Shown here piece after piece: positions 37,201 through 50,203 of a DNA stretch of 64,000 nucleotides. Numbering within the stretch: the first letter of the stretch is position 1; each line of letters begins with the position of its first letter. This DNA is from Daphnia carinata (lineage: Eukaryota), in the NCBI RefSeq assembly GCF_022539665.2, contig NC_081333.1, positions 744,001 to 808,000 of the forward strand, given 5' to 3'. The translations under genes and the position numbers were made by a program. Below the pieces are notes generated by a model. The model was not told where the DNA came from. It worked only from the letters and a program-made list of their open reading frames with translations, and ran no database searches.

Positions 37201-39793
37201 TTTTTTTTTTCTTCTTTTTTTTATTAGAAACGCTTCGTCAAGGGACTGCGACAGTACGGCAAAAACTTTTTCCGGATCCGTAAGGACCTCTTGCCACACA
37301 AGGATACGGTAAGTTGTTTCAAAATCATGTCTTATTTTTTGAATTTTTGGATTTGAAATTGTTATCCAGTTAGTAACCGCATTGTGGGTGGTTATTGAAA
37401 TTTTTTGGGTTGCGAAACCCTTGGAGGAGGTGTAGACTTGATTTGTTTGAGTGTCCATTTTGTTTTCATTATCCTCTTGTTTTCTTTTTAACAAAAGAAA
37501 AGTAGAAGAAGAGGGGGGAGGTCTCGCACAGATCGATAGATTACTATGACGATGATTGCATGCGATGAACGTGTGTACCGAGCTGTGTATATTTATGTAC
37601 GTATGTGTGTGTGTGTGTGTGTGCAACACCAGCGGGAGGTGGGTCTGTGTGTATTTGTATATATTTATATATATGACCTCCCGCGAGTGTTTAAGGGTCT
37701 GATCGGAACTTCTGCGGCTAAAAAGGACCGGACCTCCTACATTGAGTCGTTTCTCTCTCTTTTACCCCGCCCTCTCCTTTTTTTTTGTTGGGGGGGGGGT
37801 TTCGGGTAGCCGAATTTGAACGGAAGCGAAACAAGCAATATCTTTTCCGCTTCCGATTCCGTTCTCATGCGTTTAGAATTATGTTTGATCTCTTTATTTT
37901 ATTTTATTTTTTTTCAAAGTTGACTAGTTTCATCTTTCGTTTGTGCGTTTTCTACCCTCCCCCATTGTTCCGTGTAAGTTTTTTTTTTTTTTTTATTTCC
38001 AAGGGTTGGGCGTCATGTTGGTTGGCGTTCATGTCGAGCAAAGAAGGGCCAACAAAAAAAAAATGAGTGGGTGGAGTGGTTAGGGTAAGTGAGAAGACGG
38101 AATAATAATATCAAAAAAGAAAGAAAGGGAGAGAGTAGGTGCCGCGCTTCCTTGTCGTAAGCCTATTAATGTTAATCACAGTACTTTGTTGCGGGATCGA
38201 TAGCTGGACTTTGGGTCACAAGACATAACCCTCCTCCTCTTCCACCCCATGCACAGTCAACCCAAAGAGAGAGCGCGACGGTGAGTTCCTCGGGATCTGG
38301 AAAGGCTCTTGAGAAAAAGGGAGGCGGAAGGGGAGTGAGAGGGGGGGGCTAGAAGAGACTTTGCACGAAACAGGGTGAAAAGAGGGAAGGCTGTAAGATC
38401 AATACTGTTGGCTGCTTGACGATCCTCCCTACTACCCCCCGTTCTAAAAAAAAATAAAATAAAAACCGCCTTCTCGTTGTATGGCGCTCTTGACAATTGG
38501 TGGCGCTACAACATTGCTGGCACGTCTTTCAACTCTTTTTTCTTTCTTGCCATTTGCCGGAAGGCGAAGAGCTTTTGTTTTAAAACGGGATTTTTTTTTT
38601 GTGTGTGTGTGTGTGTGTGTTGTTGTTGAGGAAATCCAATGATTTTTCTCGGAAGTGTCAATTGCCGGCAGTCGTTGGCAGAGATGCGGTCAATGATCGG
38701 ATTGGCTGTTATGTTTGAAACAAACAATGCGAACGACTCGGTCGTGATTACTCAAGTGAACACAAAGAACGGGGAGGGAACATTTCGATTCAAAAAGACG
38801 TAACGGATTTCTCTTGGGAGATGTTAAGCGGTACGTGAAAGTCGAGTCTTTTACAAACGCGAGTTTTACGCCAAGGTGGAGAATGGGGATCGTTGTCATG
38901 GTGACAATGGCAAATGAAGACGTAATTTGTGTCGTCTCACCAGACACGTCTATTGACTTGGCTTGATTTATTGATCTAATAGGGAACCGTTGCTACTGGG
39001 CACATATAATCGCTCAACTCGTTTCTCTTTTGTTTTGTTTTTTTTGTTTTTTTTGTTGCCCGGTTTAATGACGAGAGAGAGAGAGAGAGAGAGAAAGGCG
39101 GGCGCTAATATTTCGTGTTCTCTCTGCCGGACACGATAAAAAGAGACAGGTCCAGATGGATGGCAATTGCTCCAGTTTCATTCTCCCGTTCACGTATGAT
39201 GGATCCCGGCGAGCCGGTCGCTCTTGTTTTTTTTTTGGGCCTCCCCGTTACGACACGCCTTATTGCGTCGACGTCATTTTCGTGGCATTAGAGAACGGGA
39301 CGGCCTCGTCCATTTTCTTGTTCACTTGTTAACGTCGCGTGTTCTCTGCCTTTTGGCCTCTACGGTGGCGCCTCGTTTGCGACGTGCATTGAAAGACACA
39401 TTTTTCTTTTCTTATTTCAAAAGAAAAGCTCTGCGGCGCCGTGACTGGTTAACGAGTTTATCACGCGCCCATTTTTCGTTTCTATTTGGCCTTTTTTTTT
39501 TTTTATTTTAATGCGATAGAGAGAGAGAGAGAGGTGGAGGGATTTTTGAATTGTAATGGTATTTCGTGGGTCTTCTTTTTGATTTTCTCGTTCATTTTGT
39601 ACGGCGAGAGAGAGAGAGAGAGAGAGAATTCGTGATGCCTATTTTTGAAGGATGGAACTTGTTTGCATTCGTTTTTCTTTTCTTCTTCTACTCGGTATTG
39701 CGCCGTTGTATTCAGAAAGAAACAGCTGGAAATAATGGGTCCTGTGTGGTTCTCTCGTTTTTTGTTTTTTCCAATTTTGTTTTATTTATTTAA

Positions 39794-39830
<37 letters not shown>

Positions 39831-42800
39831 GGGGCCGGAGAAACGAGTTGTTGCCTTTTTGAAAGAAAAGAAAAAAAAAACCAGTCCGAAAGAGCTATTT
39901 GATTATTCATTGCCTCTCTTTCCCCATCGTTGGAATGTCGGCTTTTGTTTTGTTTTGTTGTTTTTCTCGGTTTTATTCGATTGGCTGCTTGCGTTTAATA
40001 TTCGACGCACTCGGGGCGTTGTCGTGGACTCGGCGGTCATCATTACAAGATGGTTCTTGTTTGACTGTATTCCCCTTTTGACTTTTTTTTTGGCCCGTGT
40101 GGCTTGCGCACACGAATCACAAACTCGAGTTTGGAAGGAGGAAGGGAAGGTAGCGGTGAGAGATAGGTCCGTATCACGCTATTCGTCTTGATAACTGCCG
40201 ACTAAAAATCAATGTCCGACTCTTGTGAAACAAGAGCTTCAAGCCGACAAGTCCCGTCCTCCAATGCGCTTGATTGTGAAAAAGAAAACAGCTCGAAATG
40301 TCAAATTGACCGCCAGGTGGCTCTCTTTGCGTTCCTCCGTTTTTTTTCTTCTTCTTCTTCTTCTTCTTCTTCTTCAATTACCTCTCCAAGTAGCAGACGC
40401 AGCAGCTGTTGAGGGGGGGTGGAGGAGCTTGTTGGCATGTGTGTCTGCGACACAGTGACAGCTATTCATCTTGTCATCTGAAATGCGTCAACCTCCCTGC
40501 CCTCTTCTTCCTCCCTTGCTCGCTCAATTGGTTTGTAACTGACACACGAAAAAAACAAAAAAAAAAACAAGGAGAAAATCTTACTCGTGCTAGTTAGTTT
40601 GTTTTTGTTGTGTTTTCTTTTTTGTGGCCAAGTTTTAATTATAGACGCGTGTTTTACTTTCGTCTGTTTCGGATACGATATATTTATAAACCGTGAACTG
40701 GCCGCGCGCGGCTGTTGTGACGTGGTGTGTCATCCGTCAGTCAAACTGTGAGGATGGCGGGTTGCTCCCGCTGGTAACTCGTCGCCCTGGATCATGAGAA
40801 ATTTTTTTTTTTTATTTATTTACAAAAAGATATGGCGGCTTTTTTTTTTTTTTTTAATGAGGGGAAGAGGTTTGTCCGATTCCATTTTTTTTTGTGTGTG
40901 TGTGTGCACACACGCAGAATGGGAGGGAGAAAAAAAGGCTGGCGCTCTCATTTATCAAGACCATGTCTCTTTTTTTTTTTCTTTAGGTTGGATTGGGTAC
41001 ATAACCCGGCCTTCATATATATATATATATATTACAAGCGTGATTGTTATGCCGATAGAGCGTGGCAAAAAAAAAAAAAAAAGGATGGCGGGAGAGAGGG
41101 GATGGAGGTTGTCTTTCAAATGGGAACGAGTTGATCAATGGCTCTACATGTCGTTTATCTCGCGTGTGTCTATGGGGCGTCTAAGAAATTTTTTTTTTAT
41201 TTTTTTAATATCATTTTTATTTGATAATTCTTCCTTTTGTGTTTGTACTCTTTTTTATTCACTAATTGATTTTTGTCTCTTTTTTTTATCTTGTTTGTTT
41301 ATTGTTTCTTTTATTTTTTATTTTTCATGGAACTCGTTTGGCGCGACATAGTCGGACTTGGTGGAGTTTTACTACTTGTGGAAAAAGACGCCAGCCGCAG
41401 CCAATCAGCGTCCACACCGGAGGCGTCATCGACAGAGCGTCCTGCGTCGGATTCGCACCACACGCACCACCCGCGCCGCCAAGGAGGAACCCGGTACGCT
41501 TTTTTTTTTTTCTTTTTTCAAACAATTCGGGTACGTCTTTTCTTTTCTTTTTTTTTTTTTATTTCTTCAACTGTTTCGAATTCCCATTTTTTTTTGCTTT
41601 ACCAACTATGGATGCAGTTCTTCGATTATGGCCGATCGATCGATTAGCAAAGTTCGATTGAAACATCGTTCCAAAATGTCGTGTGTTTTTTGTTTTTTTT
41701 TTTTGTATGGGGGATTTTTTCTATGTTCTTTTTATTTGTTCACCTCGGTTAAGAAAAGCCGACAAGATCTAATTACGTCACTGGCTTCGCGAAAGTCCTT
41801 GATACGTTTGGATTGTCGGCGACATGGTGCGACCCCGCCCCGATGGCGGAGAGCGATATGTCGTCCCAGTTCCCTTTTTTTTTTTTTTTTTAGTGGCACG
41901 CAGCAACCGAGAAAAAGAGTAGTGGGGGGGGGGGAGGTGAAAGAAAAATCATGTGTAATATATGAAATATTTAGTTGGGATGTCATGCCTCATTTGTATT
42001 CAACTCGAGGCTGGACAAATCTATGGCGCGCGCGCGCGCGCGCGGGGCCCCGTCGTGATTTGAATTATCCAAACATTTTTATTTGATTTTTTTTTTTGGC
42101 AACGAGCATTTGTCGTTTCTGTTCGCGTCTCCACCTTGAACGTGTGTCTTACCGACCGTGTATATTTATCGTCAGTTAGTTGCTTGTCCGACTGTTCAGC
42201 AAACTAGTTTGAGCTGTGGTATCGGCCTCTCTCTCTCTCTCTCCATCGCCCCGCCTGCGGTATGAATGGTTCATGAGCTATCGTTCCGTGGCCACACTCG
42301 GCGTATAGCCCGACTTCCTTTTTTTTTTTTTGTTTTATAGGTACGGTCGTTGGGTGTCGGATCGATGTTTGCGCCATCTGCGTGTGTCGGCGCCATCTGC
42401 GCCCAACCCGGACCCTCTCTCTCTCTCTCTCTCTCAATCGATTCGCTATGTCAAATGCGAAGGGGCCGAAAACACGTCGTTTGCTAACGCGAAGGAAATA
42501 GCTGCACGGGGGCCATGGAGCTTCGTTAAAGCAAATGGGGGGAAGGGGGGAGCTTCTTTTTTTTTTTTTACGCTGGTTGAGTTGGATTTTTAAACAACCG
42601 AATAATAAGAAAGGAAAAAGAAAAAAATGGTGGGCGGGTTGGAGGGTCCGCTCATGCGGAACGTGAAATCCTGACCGCATCGGAACAATCGCGTCGGTGT
42701 TTTTGAGTCTTTGCGAAGGCGTTTTGTATTTCACCTTTTTTTTTTTTTTTTTTTTTTCATTAAATCCTGTTTCTGTATCGACTTCACGCCCCCCGCCTTC

Positions 42801-45354
42801 GCTGCTGTTCTATTAGCTCCTAGATTTTTCTTTTGTTTTCTTTTTAATTCGAATGGAGCGTGACGACTAGTATGCAAAATCCTTGTTCTCCGTTTCCCTT
42901 TTTTTTTCTACCGCTATCCTTTTCGTATTTTTTTTTTTTTTTGAAGGTGAAACAGATCTACATGCGACGGTTAGTTGAGTTTAAGTGTCGTGTAAAGATC
43001 CCCGCCACTGAGGAATAAACCGAAAATTAGTGGTTGGAGAAGAGGAGAAGGGGGGGGGGGGCGAGGGGAGTTGGTTAGCGTTAGGAATTGGGGGCTAGTG
43101 TTAATGGCTTCGTTTTCAAGCCCAACCGCTCGGGTCTCTGTGTATGTGGATACATCGACATTGCTCCGTTCTTCAGTTGAGAAACGGGGAGGGGGGGGGG
43201 AGAAGTGCCTATGAATGGCCGCTAGGTGGACACGTTCGAAACTTTTTTTTTTTTTTTTTTTTTCGTTGCACAGAATGTTGGAATGAGAATGAGATCTTCA
43301 CAGGGCTGGAATTCCGTCGCCTCCGGCTCTTTCTCCATTTCTTCTTCCCCTTGTCTGCGTGCCTCCGTCCCTCTGTCTTTTATATCCATCTCCCTCTCTG
43401 CGGGGCTCCTCTTGTTTGTGAAGAAGGGGCCCTCTGTTGTGAACGTGTAACCGCACCGACCCTCTCGTTCCGTCATTCCATCGTCGGCTCTATATATTCC
43501 CAATTTTTTTTTTTTTTTTTTTTCCTCCCTCTTTCTCTGTCTTTTTCTCAGTGTATATAAATACACCAGGTGGGTTCCAGTTCACAGCAGGGGCTCCCTC
43601 TCCTTCCTCCTTTTCTTTTTACCAAGTCCAGATGGTTGAGGAGTCGTTTATATATTTCTTCTTCTTCTTTTCCCCTCTTCATCACATTCTCCGGATCTTT
43701 TTGTCTACTTCTCTCTCTATCTTATTCCTCTCGTTTGTTTTTTTTCTTTCTTCTATACGCCCGTCGAGTTCTTGATGAATGTGGACAAGCTCTAGCACGA
43801 AATGAGGCTCTAATGATTTTTCTATGTTTTGTTTGTGTGTGTGCGTGTGAACGAAACAGGAGATTTGAGTTCGGCCAGTGAGGATGATAATTCCGATGAC
43901 GATTCAGATTCGAGAGATTTAGCTGCTTATCACTGTCGTCACTGTTTCTCTACATGTAAGTATTACTTTAAAAAAAAAAAAAAAGAATTTCATTTTGCAA
44001 TTCGAGAAGATGTTTGTTCTAATGCAATTTTTTTGTTTTTATGTCTGCGCTTATCCCGTATGATTTTAGCCTCGAAAGATTGGCATCATGCGGGCAAGGA
44101 CAAGGCCCTCTTATGTACGGATTGTCGAGTACACTTTAAGAAATACGGCGAGTTGCCCCTGTTAAAAACTACTCAACAAGCGCAGGTAGAAAGCTTTTCG
44201 AGTTGTTTGACCCCTTGCTTGAACTCTTTTGTGAATGACTAATGGTTTTTTTTGTTTTGTTTTTTTGGTGGGGATTTGGATGAAATTTCAGGGCAGCGAG
44301 AGTGAGGCTCGCTCGGAGCCGCCGTACATGTTTCGTCCCGTCCAAAATCCTGACGATGAAGAAGTGGAGGGCCGTGTTCGCACCAGAACACGCACGAAGG
44401 AACTGGTAATGCCTAACTTACGCTCGCGTCTAATAACATCGATGAAATGTTGTCGTCAGCGTAGAGAGAGTGAATCGAGAAGAGAACGCAGAACGAACAT
44501 GCTTCAACATTTTTCTTTTCTTTTTTTTTTTTCTTCCCTTTTTTGTCCCCCATTCTTGCCCGTCCCGCGTTCTCGCGTCTTGTGTTTCGTCCTTGTTACG
44601 CACTGAAGATGGGGGTGCAGAACGCGCGGAATCGACCCAAACAAGACAGCGGCAACAACAGCCCGGAACCGGAAGGCAACGAGCGGCGAAGCCACCGGAA
44701 ATCGCCCAGCTCGGCCAGCAACTGTTCGTCGTCGTCTTCGTCGGTCGTGCATGAGAAAGTCCGTTTGTTTTTTGTTTTTTTTTTTTTCTTTCTTTTTTGT
44801 CATTTTTTTTTTTTTTTTTGTTTTTTTCTATTGTACTCATTTTTGGAACCCCTTTTTTTTTTTTTTGGTTTGTTACAGGATAAAGGCAATAACGGGAACA
44901 AAGCCAAGTCGATGGTGGAGAGTCCGAGCAAAGGGCACAAGAGACGCCACGGAGGCGGAGGAGCTGGAGGGACTGGCGGTGGTGGAGGGGCCGGCGGAGA
45001 AGTGCCCGGTCCGGATCGCGAACAAGCCGGCAACGGCAACGAAGATGAACGCGGCCCGCCTCGCCAGAAGAAGAAGAAAAACGACACCAATTCCGAGGTG
45101 AGCTCGTCTTTCATCTTGTTCTTTTTTTTTTTAAGCTCTGCCGGCCATTTGTTTTCACTCCACTTGCTTTCGCTATTCAATTTCTTCCTGTTGGCTGGAC
45201 ATCTTAAGTTGATGTACCCCATGTTTTGTTCTTTTTCCCACTCTTGCGTGAATAATGGCCAGATGGATGGACGAATGTTTTTGCAGCACCACTTAATCCA
45301 TACGATCAATCATTTTCCATTTGTCCGTCTCCACTCGCCTTTCTGTCCGTCTGC

Positions 45355-45387
<33 letters not shown>

Positions 45388-48077
45388 CTCAATTTCTACA
45401 CATAAAATTTTTTTTTGTGTGTAAAACAAAACAAGAAAACAAATTCTAAGAGAAACATTTGCTTGTTGTAGAGTCCGTCCGAGAGTGTGTCGAGCGAAAG
45501 CAGCTCGCTGGAGGATAATGGCATGGACGGATTGGACGGAGAAGTCGATCAGGATCTCGAACCAAGTGAAACCCGAAGCGCTGGCTCCGTATCTGCCGGT
45601 GGTGGTTCGCGTACCTCTTCTCCAGAAATGCCTGCCGGTAAGAGCTCGGATGCCAACCCGTCTGCCGTTGCCGAGCCATCGGCGGGACCCAACGAGCCGT
45701 CGGCCGTTCAAATCTCGAGCGTTAACAATGCCTCTTGCCCGACGTCCGTCGGCGGCGGCGGCGGCGGCGGTGGCTCGACGTCCACCACCGTCCTGGCCAA
45801 CGGAGTCGCTTCCACTGATGGAATGCCGGACGAGAAGAAGAGGAGCGATTCTCCCAGTCCGGCGCTAACGACGTTGAGCGGCCCTCCGCCGCCGCGTGCG
45901 GCCGGTTTCGAACCGGTCAAGTCGAACCAAGCGGACGATTTGCCCCCGATGGTGAAACTGGAACCCGACTACAACCCGGTGGCCACCAACAATAATTCGT
46001 CTGCCACAAACGAAGAGGTCAAGAGCCGTCCGGCAGCGCTTTTGTCGCCCGCCTCTCAAGACAAGATGGCGTCTTTGGGGGCCATGGATGGCAAGATGGC
46101 GCCCGCTCCGTGGCTGGCCAAAGAGGAGATGTCGCTGTCGAATTTCGGCGGACCTGCGTCTTCGCCCAAGTTGCCGTCGCCCACCACGTCGTCGTCGTCG
46201 TGTCCGCCTCCTCTGGACATGTCGATCGCGGCGGCCGACGTTGGCGGCCTCAGGAACGCCGTCAGCGGTGGTGCCTCATCTGGGGCTGGCCTGCACTCGT
46301 CGCCTTTCATGGTGCCGCCGGCTCATTCCGGCTTTGTCCGGCCCTACGCGCCGCTGGAATCGGCCGCCGCCGTGGCCGATGCCGTGGCCTACTCTATGGC
46401 GTCTCCCGCGCCCACTACGATGGCCACTTCGATTTCCACTGGCGGGCCGTTGGGTCTCGGAGCGATGCCGATGCAGGGCACGCGCGACCTGCCCGAGCAG
46501 AGCGAACCGCACAATTTGAAAATCAAACAGGAAATGGTGGATCCGGCTGCCGTGGCGGCAGCAGCAGCAGCGGCAGCAGCGGCCGCTTCGTCGGCCTCTT
46601 TACGGGACATGTCTTCCATCCAGCGAGATGGATCGATGCCGCCTTTAGGCGCAGGCTTCGTGTCCTATCCGCCCTCCATGCCGATGGGCTCTCTGATGGA
46701 ACCCAAGCGCGAACCGGGACTGGCACACCCGCACCCGACGGCCTCTCCACGGCTGGACAAGTCGGCCGGTGGGATGGGTCCCGGTGGCAGTTCGTCCAAC
46801 AGCGGTTCCAAATCGAGCCCTGCCATTAAGAAAGCTTCAACTCCTACCCCGCAGCAGCACCAGCAACAGCAACAGCAGCAACAGCAGCAAATTCAGCAAC
46901 AGCAACAGCAGCAACAGCAGCCGCAGCCGCAGCCGCAGCAATCTCAACCTCCTGCACCTCCTCCGCCGGCCCATTCTCTGCCTTATCCGCCTCATTTCCT
47001 GCCGCACGGCCTAGGATTGGGACCGCCTCAAGGGCTGCCTCTGTCGCCCTACCACCAACCGGGAGCGCATGCCTACTCTCCCTACTACCCGTACCCCTTT
47101 GCTTACCATTACCCTCCCATGCGGATGCATGCCCCTCCTCCGCCGGCATCCGCTGGACCGCGGCCTCAATCACCGCCGTCGTTTGTCGTCGTCTCGTCGG
47201 GATCGGGTAATTTCCCTCCGTCCTCTGTCGCCAATTACCACCAGAGTCCTCTCAGTTTGGGCAACTTCCACGCGTCGCCGTCGGCCGTCGTCAACCCGTT
47301 TGCGCCGGGCGGGCCGGGAGGAGCCGGCAACGGGAACGGCAATGGATCCATGTCGGCGTCGATGCACCCTTCGCCGCCGGTGACGTCGTCGTCGTCGTCA
47401 TCGTCGTCGTCGTCTTCGGGTCACGGCGGATCCAGCGGACGGCCCTACAGCAACAAGGGACCATCGGATCCGTCTCAAATGGCACCGGCGCAGCCTTCGC
47501 GATCACGATCGCCTCCGCTCTCTTCCTCTTCCTCGTCAGGCGGACCCAACGTTGGCCAGGGGCCTCTGAAGCGAGGACCCAGCCCGCCGCCCAAACGGCC
47601 GCACCATCCGTCTTCGGCAGCTATGCCGGCCATGTCGCACTCGATGTCTTCGTCCTCGCCCTACTTGCCCATCTTCTCGTCGCCGGCCTCGTCGAGTGGC
47701 GGCGGCAGCAGCGGCGGCGGCGGCGGCGGCGGTTACCCGCCCACTTCGGGCTCGATGCCGACGTACTCGGCCGTGGGGCCGAGCTCGTTCGGCTTCGGCG
47801 CTCCGTCGCTTGCCGACTTGCAAGCCAAGTCGGAGTCGCCCTGGAACCACCACCCGCATCATCCTCACTCACTGCCTCTACCTTTGTCTCATCCGCATCA
47901 TCATTTGCAGCCTCGTTCGTCCACGCCCATCCAGCCGGTGGCCTCGACCTCGACACTGTCGCATCCGGCGGCCGGGCTGACGCTGGCGCCCGTTTCGCCG
48001 ACGGTCGGCAATCATTTGATGCCGGGACTTGTTGCTCCATCGTCGGCTTCCTCTTCGTCGGCGGCGGCGGCGGCAGC

Positions 48078-48115
<38 letters not shown>

Positions 48116-50203
48116 TGGGCGCCTCTCACGACGAAGCCAACAGCACCATACACGAGGACATGGATGAAGAAGCTCCGAGTCCGGTGGCCAACACCATTCC
48201 GCGCGGACCGAGTCCTGAACCTAGAATTGAAGATTCCGAGTGCCATCGCAGCCAAAGTGCCATGTAATTCCAATTTATTATTTGGTTTGATATGATTTGA
48301 TTATTTTTTGTTTTAAACGCATTCATTTTAATGCAAACGTGTGTAGTTTCTTGCGCCATTGGAACCGCGGCGAAGGCAGCTCCTGCGCTCGAACCGATCT
48401 CACTTTCAAGCCTGTGCCCGATTCCAAGTTGGCCCGGCGAAGGGAAGAGCGATTGCGGCGGCAAGCTGAACGCGATCGGGACGAACGAGAGAAAGAAAAA
48501 GAGAGGGAAAGAGCTGCTGCCCATGCGGTAGGAGAAATTCATTGCGTCCCCGCACCTCGCGTCTTTCATAAACTGATTGAATTTTTCAAACAATTAGCGA
48601 AAAGCGGCAACGCCTGACAAGCGCGAAACGCCCAAGCCTTCAACGTCTGGAGCCGGACCAATCGAAACGATCACGTCTCCTGGATTCGATCGATTCGGAC
48701 CGCGTCCGTATCCCGATACCCCGGCCTTGCGTCAATTGAGGTATTTATACATTGATTTGAATTCAATCCTTCGTTTGGAATTGTTTCACACTTCTTTTTT
48801 TTTTTGTCCGTCTGCCATTTGATTAGTGAATACGCACGCCCGCATACTGGTTTCTCTCCGGGCGGAATGCAACGCAACGTTCCAGGCGGACTGGGACTCG
48901 GTCCTCCGGCCATGGACCCCATGTTGCATTATCAGCTCGCAAGTATGTACGGCGCTGGAGCCCGAGAACGACTCGAACTGGAGCTGGAGCGCGAGAAACG
49001 TGAACGTGAATTGCGGGAGCTCCGAGAACGCGAGATCTCAGATCGCTTCAAGGAAGAGATGCTGAAGAATGGAGCCGGCATGCCACCAGGCATGGGAATG
49101 CCCGGTGGCCCAGGTGGTCTCGGCCCGAGACTCTCTGGACCCCTCGATCCACACTGGCTTGAACTCCATCGCAGGTATATATTTGCGTCGAGAGATCAAC
49201 TATTGGGCATTTAGGCAGGGGCTAGTTCGAAACGTTTGATTTGAAAATGTTTCAAATTTCCAAAAAAAAATAAATAAATAAATAATTGAAATCAAATAGG
49301 TATGCTGGAATACCTGGCGGCCCGCCTCCTGGTGCAGGATTAGGTCCTCCTCCCGGTTTCGGTTTGTACCAATTGGGAGGTAATCCAGCTGGAGGCGGCG
49401 GACTGAACCCGATGGAACGCGAACGACTCGAGCGGCTCGGCCTGCAGCTGCCTAGCGGTATGGGAGGCTCGATGGGCGGACCTCCAGGACCTGGCAGCGG
49501 AGGTGGTGGCGGCGGCGGAGGAGGCGGCGGCGGTGGCGGCGGCGGCGGTGGTGGTGGAGGTGGACCAGGAGATCCGCGTTCCGAGGCTCAGGCGCGCGAC
49601 CATCAAGCAGCCGTGGATCGACTACAGGCCGAGCGGATCCATGCAGCAATGGCGGACCAACTTCGTCTTCAAATGGCTGGTCTTAACCCCGAACTCCACA
49701 CTCACGCTCACGCCCACACTCACAATCACCTACATCTCCATCCCTCAGGTCAAGATATGCCACCGCCGCCGGGATTCCCTCTGAACGCAGGCTACCCCAG
49801 ACCTCCGCCGGGAATGCTCCACCAAGACAGCGCGCTCGGACTGCATCCCGCCGCTGCTGCCGCCATGCTGGGTCGTCCCTACGACGAACAGTTTGCTCGG
49901 CAGTTTGCAGCTGAGCAGCAGCTCCAGCGGCAGATGATGGAGCAGCGGTTCCCTCACCCCGGTGCTCCACCCTCCGGCCCACCTTCTGGTCCTTCCCTAC
50001 ATCCCCATGCTCATCCCAATATTGTTGCTCAACACGAAGAGTACATTAGGTATAATAATTTTGGAACACGTGACGACGGCTTCTTCTGGTTCGGCCAGTT
50101 TCTTAATGAAATCTCATTGTCTCAATCCAGGCAACAGCAGCAACGTGAGAGAGAGATGAAGGTGCGAGCCATCGAAGAAGCTGCTCGTGGGGGTCGACCT
50201 TAG
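19295..50203 (+). CDS. RERE: RERE / Atrophin (Grunge) transcriptional corepressor: BAH, ELM2, SANT, GATA zinc finger and atrophin domains
   Basis: Twenty coding exons chain in phase: 19295-19781, 24632-24702, 27351-27385, 27533-27760, 28585-28738, 28958-29203, 29561-29659, 37228-37308, 41352-41493, 43860-43955, 44070-44185, 44291-44405, 44609-44758, 44879-45097, 45472-48263, 48347-48527, 48598-48740, 48827-49174, 49300-50049, 50131-50203. Motifs: [71 protein letters not shown]...[12 protein letters not shown]...[32 protein letters not shown], and RE dipeptide repeats. Confidence 0.96.
42026..42044. repeat. Alternating (GC)9 tract in a RERE intron
   Basis: GCGCGCGCGCGCGCGCGCG occurs in otherwise AT- and poly-T-rich intron sequence. 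Confidence 0.9.
46852..46941 (+). repeat. CAG/CAA polyglutamine-coding tract in RERE
   Basis: Encodes [30 protein letters not shown]. Poly-Ala tracts lie at ~46555-46587 and ~48061-48114, and a poly-Gly tract at ~49499-49564. Confidence 0.95.

Noticed and set aside
14350..44000. Numerous 60-240 aa ORFs rich in F, K and CV repeats
   Set aside because: They are translations of poly-T/poly-A and (GT)n tracts upstream of and within RERE introns, not genes.
45446..50159. Overlapping alternative-frame and antisense ORFs in the large RERE exons
   Set aside because: These are expected by-products of GC-rich, low-complexity coding sequence.
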